Shown here: piece after piece, positions 23,804 through 36,586 of the stretch
Numbering within the stretch: the stretch's first letter is position 1
Layout of the letters: every line of letters starts with the position of its first letter
Origin: Eledone cirrhosa
Taxonomy: Eukaryota
Assembly (NCBI GenBank): GCA_964016885.1
Contig: OZ024758.1
Coordinates: 22,258,001 to 22,322,000, forward strand
Length of the DNA stretch: 64,000 nucleotides
Direction: 5' to 3'
Notes under the pieces: generated by a model
Seen by the model: the letters and a program-made list of their open reading frames with translations, nothing else
What the model was told of the DNA's origin: nothing
Databases searched by the model: none
Program-made: the position numbers and the translations under genes

Positions 23804-24160
23804 GTAGTAGTAATAGTAGTAGTAGTAGTAATAGTAGTAGTAGTAGTAGTAGTAGTGGCACTCCGTCAGTTACGACAAAGATTGTTCTGATTGATACGAT
23901 CAGCAGAACAACCTGCTCATGAAATTAACGTGCAAGTGGCTGAGCATTCCACAGACAAGCCTACCCATAATGTAGTTCTCAGGGAGATTCAGCATGACAA
24001 AGGATGTGACAAGGCTGGCCTTTCAAATTACAGCTACAACATATTTTTGCCAGCTGAAATAAAGTGTCTTGCTCAAGGACACAGTGCACCGCTGGGAATC
24101 GAACTCATGATCTTACCATCTTCAGCCGAATAATCTAACCACAAAGCCACGCACCTTCAC
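23804..24160 (-). mobile_element. tRNA/CORE-type SINE with (CTA)n tail
   Basis: Minus strand: A-box-like GTGGCTTTGTGGTTAG, B-box GAGTTCGATTCCC, CORE-like TGTGTCCTTGAGCAAGACACTT. Confidence 0.75.
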
Positions 24161-25757
24161 TTTGTACTTTGATCACGTCATAATTAACAAGAAATTGTAA
24201 TATGATGATGATGATTGACAGTATCGGTGGAGCATCGACCACCATGCATTATGGCATAGAGTTACGGCCCTTTACGATCTGAGTTCAAATCCTGTCGAGG
24301 CTAGCTTTGCCTTTCATCCTTACAAGGGAGTCAATAAAACAAAGTACCAATAATGCACTGGGATCGATTTAACCGTTTAGCATTTAAAGCGGCCATATCT
24401 GGAAAGAATTCTCTCACCTCTTTCTGTTCAAACCGGTTGTAACCAGCCACTCATACTGATGTTAAGGTATTGTATTCAAACTAAATAACACCAAAATCTC
24501 ATAGATTCCATGTTATGCAAGATAATTATGTAAGGTAAAGCTTTTACCTTACATAAGTAAATATAGAGTAATGTAAATGCTAAAGGGTTAATCGACTTTC
24601 CCCTCACCCCAAAAATTGCTGGCCTTGTGCCAAATCAAATGCAGAAACAGTTATAAAGTAAGATGAACAGTACATAGTGAGTGGAATATATGCTACAGAG
24701 GAAGACTTTTTAATGAAGAGAGTGTTCTAGTTTAAATTGTATACTAGTTTCTCAAGTGATGCTGAAAAATTGACCTTAACTATTTCCATATAAATAGGCC
24801 CTGAGAATAGTTAGTGATTTCGGTAGTGTTTACAATTGTTATAACTTCCCACCTTATAATGGTTGCCACCCAGTTATAATAAAACATTTCTCAAAGAAAG
24901 ATATATCATAATCTTATTTGGAAAATTTAAATTATATAGTAAAACGAAAAAAACATATATTATCAAGATCTTCAGCTAAATATATACATTTTAATTGAGG
25001 GTTTTTTTGTGTTTACAATTAGTCCTTCCTATATTTATATAATTGTAAAGTACTCATGTTTATGTAAGTGTGGGAATGATTAATTGAAATTAGGACAAAC
25101 TTTAGTATAATATTTGACAACACATTAATGTAACATTCTTAAAAACAAGATTTTCTAGAAATATATCTTAGTTTATCAGGTTTCACTAGAATTGTGGTTT
25201 TAATATTTTAAAGAATTGATATGTCTGGACATTTTATCTATTTAGTCATAGTTATAAAATTAATTGCAGTTAATTTATATAACTAAAGATATTTAATAAA
25301 TTACCCAGTGTCTTAAAGTATTTATTTTAATTATTAAACAAAATTAAAAATTACTTTTAGTAATCCATTTCAAAGTCCCATTCTACAGAGCTCAAAATCA
25401 AGACATCAAAAAGAAAAAAAGAAAATTTTTAGTACTTAACCAAAAAAACCTAACTCCTGATGTTAAAAATTAAAAGCTAAACCAAAATATGTTCAAGTGT
25501 TTACTTACTCTTAACTCCTGTACCACATGAAACCACACATTAGCAAGACATTGTGGAAAAGTACAAACAACACTGTATACTTCACATTAAATATTAAAGT
25601 CTTTACTCTAATACTGCAAATCTTTTACAACAATCTGTCCACTAGTAAATATACTATACACATTTGAATTAACAAACCCATTTTAAGATATATTTTGCTA
25701 AAACATTACAAGACTTTAACCCTTTAACATTTACATTACTCTATATATACTATTACA

Positions 25758-25940
25758 TGCAAGGCACCATTGAAAATGGACGCAGGAGGGGACGCCAATG
25801 CAAAAAATGGATGGACGATGTCAAAGAATGGATGCAAATGACTACACCAAACTGTTGATAGACTATTTTGAGTGTCTGCTGCTTCTGCAGTAAGCCCCCC
25901 CCCCCCCAACGGCTACAGAAGTCAAGGGACTGATGATAAT
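25758..25940 (+). mobile_element. RTE/BovB-like LINE 3' fragment inserted in a family-C MITE
   Basis: GTIENGRRRGRQCKKWMDDVKEW; ends CTGATGATAAT; MITE sequence resumes afterwards. Confidence 0.75.
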
Positions 25941-28232
25941 ATTTACTATTGTATTTTTTTGGTAAAGGCGTTACCTCACATAATTATCTCACATAATATC
26001 ATATCTACAAGATTTTGATATTATTTATTTTGAGAACAATACTGTAACATAAGTATGAACAGCTGGTTATGGCTAGTTTGAACAGAAAGAGGTGAGAGAA
26101 TTCTGGCCAGATATGGCCAGTTTAAATGCTAAAGGGTTAACCCTTTAGCATTCACATTACTCTATATTTACTATTGTACTTTATCAGTAAAGGCTTTATC
26201 TCACATAATTATCTCATATAATATTGAATCTATGAGATTTTGATATTATTCATTTTGAGAACAATACCGTAACATAAATATGAACAGTCGGTTATGGCCG
26301 GTTTGAACAGGAAGAAGTGAGAGAATTCTGGCCAGATATGGCCGATTTAAATGCTAAAGGGTTAAGAATTAACAGATGAATATCAATAGTATCTTGAAAT
26401 ATTTTTTGTCATATCCAGATTTATTTGAACACTGAAATTCACTGCCTTCATCACTTAATAAGTAACATGTCATCAAAATCATAAGTTTTGTATTTTATCT
26501 TTCCAATATGGTGGCTAAAGCTATTTCTTTGTTTTCGTGCTTTTTCATGAATTTCCTAACTTTTTTCACAATTTAGTTGACTGCCAATTTAGACACTCAG
26601 TTTCTTTGTTCCAATGATTAATATTTCTATGTCTCCAATTTCTACAATAGTGCTGTGTTAATAAATCTGATCTTTCTCATAACATTACACATTCCTGTAA
26701 CTCTTGGTGGAGTCGTAGAGGTGCCGCATTGGCATACAGCATTTCTAAGGCATTTTTAAATCTGGCGGCAACCATCTCCTCTCTAGGTCTGAATACAGCA
26801 GCTTTCTTCCAGAGAAGGACAGAGAAAGAGAGACAGAGGAAGAATCGACCCCAGTACTTGACTGGTACATTTTTATTGATCTTGAAGTGATGAAGGTGCG
26901 TGGCTGAGTGGTTAGAGAATTGGATTTGCAATCGTGAGGTTGTGAGTTCAATTCCTGGACCGGGCGATGCGTTATATCCTTGAGCAAGACACTTTATTTC
27001 ACGTTCTCCTTCTACCTGGAGTTTCAACTGATAGATAGTATCAGCAATTGGAAAGACCAATGGAAACATTGTTTCCTCGGACCAATTTGACGAAAGTCGA
27101 TCGTTCCTTAAGAAGAGATGAAAGGCAAAGTTGGTGCTAGGAAGGGCATCCAGCTGTAGAAACCAAGCCAAAATCGGTTCTGTATGAGCAAGACGTGGTC
27201 ATCTGACCTGGCACTGCTCACAACAGGATAACTCGTCTAACCCAGCGTGGAAACATGGGCGCTAAATGGCGATGATATTATTATTATAATTTTATTGTTT
27301 TTGCCTAATATTTGTTATATCTTACTAAGAAACAGTGTCCTAACAGATTCTTCAGCTATACCAGTAATAAAAACTCCAAACAAACAAAAAATAAACTAAA
27401 ACAAGCAAGCTGTTTTTTCCAGCGTCATGCAGCATTTTTCTAGGCATGTCATCTGTGAGTCTAATAACATATTTAGCGCAGTTAGTATTATAACATTTAA
27501 TTAGCAATAATTATGTAGCAGGGAGGAAAAAACAACATTAGCTCAATGACTAATATTTCAACAAGAGTGAAGTTTGTCATATTTTGCTGTTATGGCTAAC
27601 ATCAATTAATGTTACATAGGTAAAGTAATTATAATTTCATGGGGATTACACAAAATAATGAAATAAATAGTAATTTTGAGAATTATAATAGTTATTAACT
27701 TAAAAATAAAAAGATTAAAACAAATTCCTCCTTTGTAAATTTATAATAACTATGAAAGCTAATCTCAAATTACTGAAGCCCATAGAGGAGATGATGAAGG
27801 GCAACAATAAGTGGTGGAAAAGACCCATCCAACCCAGAATAAGCGGGGTGGGAGTGGAATAAGTGTGTGTGTGTGGGGGGGGGGGTCGGGGTTTGGTAAT
27901 TTTTTTAGGTTGTTTCCGTTGATTTTCTTAAAAACTAGAATTAGTCATTTAGTTTACATATTGAGATCCCCAATCTATCCTATTTATTTTATAACGTATG
28001 GGATTTTGTCTTGTATAATGTTTTTTAATGTATAAAGAAAATGAATTATCGCAAGAATGCTACCACTTAAAATAAAATTTCGGAGAACATAGATAAGTAA
28101 ATTTTAAATATGTGGGAGATGGAAATAAAAGCACGGGGGCTGCTAAAAAGTCTCACAGGTTTTCTACAGCTGGGTGTCTTACCCATCATCAACCACTTTA
28201 CAGAGTGTACTAGGTTTGTTTATCCTGAATAT

Positions 28233-28565
28233 CAGGCATATCAAACTGAGGGTCCCCCCAAGGGCCACATAGGTCATATGTGTTGTTTGAGGGCCACATG
28301 GGTCACGTATGTGTGTTGTTTGAGAGCCACATGGGTCACATGTGTTGTCTGAGGGTCACATGGGTCACATATGTGTTGTTTGAGGGACACATGGGTCACA
28401 TATGTGTGGTTTGAGGGCCACATGGGTCACATATGTGTTGTTTGAGGGCCACACATGACAACTAATTGCGCACATTACAACTAATTCTTTATATTTTATA
28501 TTACGAAGATAAAACATGCTCGTGCTGTAAAAGCCTTTGTGCGAGCCGCATGCTTGACATGTCTG
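28233..28565. mobile_element. hAT-like MITE containing a ~31-bp internal tandem repeat
   Basis: CAGGCATATCAAAC...GCTTGACATGTCTG termini; degenerate 8-bp TSD CTGAATAT/CTGTAGAT; unit GAGGGCCACATGGGTCACATATGTGTTGTTT. Confidence 0.65.
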
Positions 28566-28899
28566 CTGTAGATCATTAACACAAGAGATGTCGTGCTCTT
28601 GACACAACTGAAGAGTCCCCAACCCCTTTTTTGGCAAGGTTTCTACATATGAATGCCCTTCCTATTACCATCGACTCTACTGGGTGTATTGAGTGCATTT
28701 TTCATGGTACCATAACTCTCAATATTTTGAGTGTTCTAACTGTTCAAGACAAACAGATTAAATGCTAGATATTATATTAATAAATATTTGGCACATATCC
28801 AGAGAAACAACCCTGGACATGTGCCAGTCTTATCAGGCCTCTTCAGTAAAGCATAAATTTCTCTATTAGGTAAACAACATTGTAAATCTATTTTGCAAT

Positions 28900-29385
28900 T
28901 CATTTTGCAACCAAGCGAATACCCTCCATCAGGCATCTACCATACTCTGAGTGCCTTGCTTCCCTGGGCAGGGATACATTGAAGCTCCGACGCCTGGCAA
29001 CTGACTTGGTAAACACCCACAAAATTGTTAACCATCTTGCCAACAACAACTCTGAGTACCTTTTTGATTTCCATGTGTCTAACACACGTGGACATGCCCA
29101 CAAAGTAAGAAAACAGCACAGCTCCCATGACTTTCGGAAACATTTTTTCACGCTCAGAGTTGTTGAAGCATGGAACAAACTACCTGCATCAGTTGTTAGC
29201 TGTCGAGACACTGTATCCTTTAAGGCCTCCATGCTTCCCGAGATCCGCCAACACTACAGCTAACACATACACACATGTACTTTCCTGACATTTGTGTATT
29301 ATTCTATGTACTATACATACACCTTTGACGAGTTGTAGTGCACCTGAGCACTTTACACAATAATTTCATTATTATTATTATTATT
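28900..29385 (+). mobile_element. CR1/L2-like LINE 3' fragment
   Basis: LKLRRLATDLVNTHKIV...TRGHAHKVRKQHS..DFRKHFFTLRVVEAWNKLPASVV; 3' UTR ending in (ATT)n. Confidence 0.88.
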
Positions 29386-29567
29386 AACTCTTTAGCATTT
29401 AAACCAGCCATATCTGACCAGAATTCTCTCACCTTATTCTGGCTGGTCAGTCTGATGTTAAGGTATTGTTCTCAAAATAAATAATACCAAAATCTCATAG
29501 ATTTGATATTATATGAGATACTATGAGAGATATTATGTGAAATAATTATGTGAGGTAATAATTATAT

Positions 29568-29910
29568 GGAGGCACATGGCTTAGTGGTTAGAGCATTGGC
29601 CTTGCAATCGAAAGGTTTTGAGTTCAATTCTCAGATCGGGTGATGTGTTGTTTCCTTGAGCAAGACACTTTATTTCACATTGCTCCAGTTTACTCAGCTG
29701 TAGAAATGAGATGATAGGGACTGGGGTCCATATCATTCCACTGCAAAGTGGTCGTGGGGGTGCCACGGCAAAAAAGCACCCAGCACTCACTGTAAATGAG
29801 GTTGGTGTTAGGAAGGGCATCCAGCTGTAGAAATCAAGCCAGAATCAGTTCCCGTCCCACCCTTGCAAGCAGGGAAAAGTGGACGTAAAAATGAAATGAA
29901 ATGATGATGA
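29568..29910 (+). mobile_element. Full-length tRNA-derived SINE (family B) inserted in a family-C MITE
   Basis: A-box TGGCTTAGTGG, B-box GAGTTCAATTC, CORE/V-like TCCTTGAGCAAGACACTT, one 48-bp module, RTE-like tail with (ATG)n. Near-identical copies at 39375-39697 (+), 43948-44291 (-) and 61304-61648 (-). Confidence 0.88.
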
Positions 29911-31504
29911 AAGCCTTTACCATGAAAATATAACAGTAAATATAGAGTAATGTAATGCTAAAGGGTTAATCCGGTGTGAAATATTTGTATATTTGAATAA
30001 TTGGCCTTGGTTATTTCTTTCTTTTATAATATGCAAATAATCTATCTATTCCTGTATCATACTGTACATCTACTTACCAATTCATTCATCACTACTACAG
30101 CAACTACAGTGAAGTTTATGCTTTGCTGATGAGGTCCGTCGTCTCCCCTATTTGCTAATATAATTAAAATAATATTAGTTACTGAGCTAATGTTATGCAT
30201 TCTTTATAGAATAATTATTTCTCATTCAATAATTTTCTATGTTGCCTCCATGAAATATGTGAATGCTAACATAACTGGGTGACATCTTTGAGTAATTACC
30301 CTCACTGATTTATTGTTTTTTTAATATATTTTTTTCTAAGTGATGGTCTAGCTAACTCATATACTACTAGGCTTTTCCTCGCCTACCACTGGCTTGTGTA
30401 AAGACTACTAACAACCCAAAATCTCACTCAGTGTTTCAAGAACAGTCATCTGTTGTATACTATGACCAATGCTTTTGATTTTTTTCTGTCAAATTTTCAA
30501 TATGCTACTGCTTAGTATATAACAGAAGTAAACCTCGTCCAGATGCTTTCAATATCTCAGTAAATATCCCACAGCTCTGAATCTATATTAAACTTTATTG
30601 CCTTAACTGTATTGCTTATCATATCTTGTCTAATCTCAACAGCTGGTTCCTTTCTTGGTTCCAATGGGAATTCAGCCTAGTTTGCCCACATACATTCTAT
30701 ATTTAGCTACTTTTCACAGTAACATTTTAGACATCTTTTTATAATTACTAAAAACAAGGACACTCATATAATTTCAGATATTTTTTATAGATATCCATAT
30801 TTGACCTACCTTTATTGGATATTGTAATATAATAACATAGATTTTATCTAACCACAAACAAGAGTGCTTTTATAATTTTAGCCCATATTATTCAATATTG
30901 GGAGTGTGAATTGTTGTTACCAGACAACCAGCAAAAGAGTTGGCAGTTCACATTCTATCATGAATACTACATTCTTTCTCTAACACCACATTAACTGCAA
31001 AAGGGGTGTGTGTGCGTGTGCGTGTGTGTGCGTGTATCCGAATTTTCCTGAAGAAAGACTTTTGTCTGAAACGTCAAAACCTCCTCCATTTCCACCAAGT
31101 GTGAACCTAATATAACTGTGTAAAAATTGCCTCCTGTTTGTTTCATTTATTAACTATATATATCATAGTAATGAGATAAAGACACACAATAAGTTATGTC
31201 AGATAATACCTTTTCATTTGATATATATATATATATATATATTCAATACTGTCATGTACATATATACACACAAATGCTCATACATTTAACCTCTTATGGC
31301 TGAGTTCACTTAGTTCAAGGACTCTAGGTAGTATAATTCATTGTAAATAGATAGCAGAGACAGTGGCATTATGGAATTGATAAATAATTCATTAGTAAGT
31401 TGTGATGAGTTAAATTCTTCTTATGGGAAAATTTACTTATGATAGAGAGTGTCTTATACAAAGCATAGACAGATATTTCAACAGTCAGAGAAGTTGATAG
31501 ACAT

Positions 31505-32140
31505 CTCATCATGATCATCATGATCATCATCATGTTGACATCCGTTTTACTCCGCTTGCATGGGTTGGACATGTCCTTTTCAGCACAGCTTCTCTCCACT
31601 CACCGCATTCCTTTGCGCTCTCCTCTGCGAGTCTCAGCGATTTGACATCAGTTCTCATTACCTCTGCCCAGGTTTTTCTTGATCTATCCCTACTGTGGCT
31701 TCCCTCCACTGGGATTTCCTAGTATTTCTTCATCCAGCAATCATCATCCATACATATCACATATCCATACCAATGCAGTCTTCTCTCTTGCATACCCCTT
31801 TGGATTCCTCTTAAACCTAGTTTCTCCCTTAGTTCATTCAAGCCCTGTCTGTCTCTCACATTTGTATTACACATCCAACACTGAATAGTTCCTTCATTTC
31901 ACTCCTCTGAAGTCACAGCCGATGTTTCACTACCATGCAGCATCGTACTTCACTCAGAGGTGTCATACAGTCGACTTTTTGAACACTGGGAGGAAACCTT
32001 TTGTTGTCAACAGTAGGAGTAGCTCTCTAAACTTCTTCCATCTCATCCTTATTCTAACCTTTATGCTTTCAGGGCACCCTCCTCTGCTGCTAATTAAGTT
32101 ACCTAGATAGCAAAAGGGATCAACCACTTCTATGGAACCT
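31505..32140 (-). mobile_element. RTE-clade LINE 3' fragment, decayed, with (ATG)n tail
   Basis: QERRLHWYGYVICMDDDCW...VEGSHSRDRSRKTWAEV; upstream VDPFCYLG motif. Confidence 0.85.
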
Positions 32141-33518
32141 TCTTGAGATTGAAAAAGTTTATATCATCACCATTTAAAGTTTATTTTCCAAGCTTGCATG
32201 AGTTTTCATGTACTGAAGTTAGACTGGTCAGCTGAACTGGGACCATTTTATCATGATTCTGGCACTATCACTTTACAGAGTGGACAGGGTACTTTTTGAT
32301 GTAGCTCCAGCTCTATTACCTTGCAAAATAGATTAATGTTTTAAACCAGCCATCATGATATTCCAGTCCCAACAATGTTTGGCTATCTCCAGCCATTTCA
32401 ATATTCTGTTCCACTATTATTTACACTGGTTTCTGCATGAATCAGTAATCGTTTCATATCATTGATTTAGCCTGAGTTTTTTCTGTAAAGCATTGCTATA
32501 AATTTTGTTCATACATTTACTTTTTTTTTTAATGTTTAACCCTTTAGAATTTAAACCGGTCATATCTAGGCAGAATTTCCTCACCATTTTCTGTTCAAAC
32601 CAGCCGTAACTGGCCACTCAAATTTATGTTAAGGTATTGTTTTCAAAATGAATAATATCAAAATTTCATAGATTTGATATTATGTGAGATATTATGTGAG
32701 GTAAAGCCTTTACAGTGAAAATACATTAGTAAATAGAGAGTTATGTAAATGCTAAAGGGTTAATTGATGATCATAATTTCTCTCTCTGATTTTCATGCAG
32801 ATGTCCAGCATTGACGACCACGCATGTGGCAGGAGGTCAGAGTTTAATGGGTTAATATCTGCAAAGCAAATATTAATAAAACAAGCAGGCGGGAGGTTGC
32901 TTAGAAAGCTACATATTCGTAACAGGCAGATAGCCAGGTATGTAGATAGTAAGATATAGATAATAGCTATTTCTGTAAACAGTAAGTTAAAACAGTCACT
33001 GTTGATGGGAATAAAATTTACTTCATAGAATCTCAATAACAGCCAGTTAATTATAAAAATATAATGCATTCTTTTATAGTTTATTTCTATTATACAGACA
33101 AAATTTCAACAATGTTTAATTACTAAATATAGTTTTACAATACATTTTCTAATTGTATCTGCGTTTTTCAGAATTTAAAATGTTTAGGTTTCCATTATTT
33201 GGGGATAAAGAATAGTTTAACCCTTTAGTATTTACATTATATTTTCATGGTAAAGGTTTTACCTTACATAATTATCTTACATAATATCGAATCTATGAGA
33301 TTTTGATATTATTTGTTTTGAGAACAATACTGTAACATCAGTATGAACAGCCAGTTTGAACAGAAAGAGGTGAAAGAATTCTGGCTGGGTACGGCATTTA
33401 CATTACTCTATATTTACTATCATATTTTCATGGTAAAGGCTTTATCTTACATAATTATCTCACATAATATCAAATCTATGAGATTTTGATATTATTTATT
33501 CTGAGAACCATACCTTAA

Positions 33519-34232
33519 AACCTTTTTGATTTCCATATGTCTAACACATGTGGGCATGCCCACAAAGTCAGCAAATAGCACAGTTCCCATGACTTTAGGA
33601 AACATTTTTTCACGCTCAGAGTTGCTGAAGCATGGAACAAACTCCCTGCATCAGTTGTTAGCTGTCGAGACACTGCATCCTTTAAAACCTCCATGGAACA
33701 AACTACCTGCATCAGTTGTTAGCTGTCGAGACACTGCATCCTTTAAAACCGCCATGGAACAAACTACCTGCATCAGTTGTTAGCTGTCGAGACACTGCAT
33801 CCTTTAAAACCTCCATGGAACAAACTCCCTGCATCAGTTGTTAGCTGTCGAGACACTGCATCCTTTAAAACCTCCATGGAACAAACTACCTGCATCAGTT
33901 GTTAGCTGTCGAGACACTGCATCCTTTAAAACCTCCATGGAACAAACTCCCTGCATCAGTTGTTAGCTGTCGAGACACTGCATCCTTTAAAACCTCCATG
34001 GAACAAACTACCTGCATCAGTTGTTAGCTGTCGAGACACTGCATCCTTTAAAACCTCCATGCTTCCCGAGATTCGCCAACACTACACCTAATGTTCCCCC
34101 TCCATACACATACACACATGTATATCATAACTCATACACTATTCACTTCCCTGACATTTGTATATTATTCTATGTACTATACATGCACCTTTGACGAGTT
34201 GTAGTGCACCTGAGCACTGTACACAATAATTT
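33519..34232 (+). mobile_element. CR1/L2-like LINE 3' fragment with an internal 61-bp unit in 7 tandem copies, nested in a family-C MITE
   Basis: Unit CATGGAACAAACTACCTGCATCAGTTGTTAGCTGTCGAGACACTGCATCCTTTAAAACCTC at 33631-34057. Confidence 0.88.
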
Positions 34233-34277
34233 CAGCCGGTTTGAACAGAAAGAGGTGAGAGAATTCTGGCCAGATAT

Positions 34278-34629
34278 TCTATTCTAGGGCGGGTAAAATT
34301 CCCGAGATCCATGGACGAGTTCTCTCCAGCGGTCCTGTCCCTCATTATCACTGCCATGTCCTGCGTCTCCAACAGACCAGTGTCTGCACTTAGGGCATCA
34401 ACATATGTTAACCTTGGTCTTCCTCTTCCAGTGTGTCCATGTAGGGGCTCCCACAGGAGCGCTGAGTGCAATGTCAACCCAGAGAATGCTGAGGATGGCT
34501 CTGAACATTAATCAGTATACACTGAGGATGAAAAACTCAGAGCTGTATGGGAGCCTCCCAAAAGTCAGCTCAAAAGTGACACAGAGGAGACTGAGGTTAG
34601 CTGGACATGCTCACCGACATCCAGAGTTG
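34278..34629 (-). mobile_element. 5'-inverted RTE-like LINE insertion with 11-bp TSD
   Basis: Minus strand LTLHSALLWEPLHGHTGRGRPRLTYVDAL; plus strand RMLRMALNI...RRLRLAGHAHRHPEL; TGGCCAGATAT at 34267-34277 and 34628-34638. Confidence 0.85.
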
Positions 34630-34859
34630 GCCAGATATGGCTGGTTTAAATGCTGAAGAGTTAAGTAATGTGAGGTTTGGATGTATAAAAAATAGAAAAT
34701 TTAAAACTTACTTTGACTTAGTGTAAAGGGGAGTATTATTAGAAGGACCAAAGCTGGAAGTAAGGGTTGCCGGAACAACATCCTAGAAGAAAGAAAGAGG
34801 TAAACAACTGTTAGTGTTCTGGAAATATAAAACATGAAATTGTGAAACAATAACCAATT

Positions 34860-35386
<527 letters not shown>

Positions 35387-36421
35387 TCAATATATCGGTA
35401 GAGGATCGGACGCTGTGCTTTGACGCATAGAGTTACGGCCCTTGCCATTCTGAGTTCGAATCCCGCTGAGGTTAACTTTGCCTTTCATCCTTACGGGGTC
35501 GATAAAATAAAGTACCAGTAATACACTGGGATAATTGCTGGCCTTGTGCCAAAAAGTAGAAACAATTATTATCATTAGGGTGGTGGATTGGCAGTATTGG
35601 TAGAGGGTCAGATGCAATGCTTTACAGCATAGAGTTACGGCCCTTTATGATCTGAGTTCAAATGCCGTCGAGGTTAACTTTGCCTTTCATCCTTACAGGG
35701 TCAATAAAATAAAGTACCAGTAATGCACTGAGGTAATTGCTGGCCTTGTGCCAAAAGTAGAAACAATTATCATCAAGTAGAAACCATGTGAAGGAACTAA
35801 AGATTTTTCTGATAAATCTTTATTTCCTGAGATTTTATATCATTAAAGTGAAACCTACTACAGTCATTAGGCATCTCTAACAAAAATACACCCCCGTCCC
35901 ACTACCCCCACCCCATCCACACCACCCCTTTCAATGTAAAGTTATATTGGTACCACAACATCTAGCCTGAAACAAATGAGGTCGTGTAGGTGTCACGACA
36001 AAAAAACACACAGTCCACGCTGTAATGTGGCCGTGTAGGTAACACGGTAAAAACCTCCCAGTCCACACTGTAAACGTGGTTGGTGTTAGGAAGGGCATCC
36101 AGCCGTAGAAAACCCACCAGACAGTCCTATGCGAGCAAGACAACCAATCTTGCCTCAAGTGGGAAAACTCCCGTCCAAACCCATGCAAGCGTGGAAGATG
36201 GACGTTAAACGATGATGATGATGATGATGAAAGGGTCATAACTGGCTATAAAGCTATGATGAAAACTAATTTAACATGTACCCAATGTCAAAAAACAAAT
36301 GAGTAAAACAAACGTGGTAAATATTACACCCATTTTTATGCACAGCTTTATAACACTTTAATGTAAAATATTCTCACAATGGATGTGTATCATACACAGA
36401 AATATAAATATATAAAACAAA

Positions 36422-36586
36422 TACTGTATTTCTCGGCATTGAAGATGATGTTTTTTTCCTAAAATAAGTCTCCAGGTGTCCTAGAGACCAAAGGTTGTTT
36501 ATTTATTTATTTTTTAAATTTCTGGTTGTCAAAATTAGGGTGCGTCCTCAAGGACAAAGTGTCTTCGGCGATGGGAAATACGGTAT
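36422..36586. mobile_element. Tc1/mariner (Tc2/pogo-like) MITE; second copy at 36811-36975 inside a family-C MITE
   Basis: TA-CTGTATTTC...GAAATACGG-TA termini; two similar ~165-bp copies. Confidence 0.75.

Noticed and set aside
29568-29645. tRNA gene
   Set aside because: A and B boxes are present but continue into a SINE body repeated elsewhere; no complete cloverleaf or terminator
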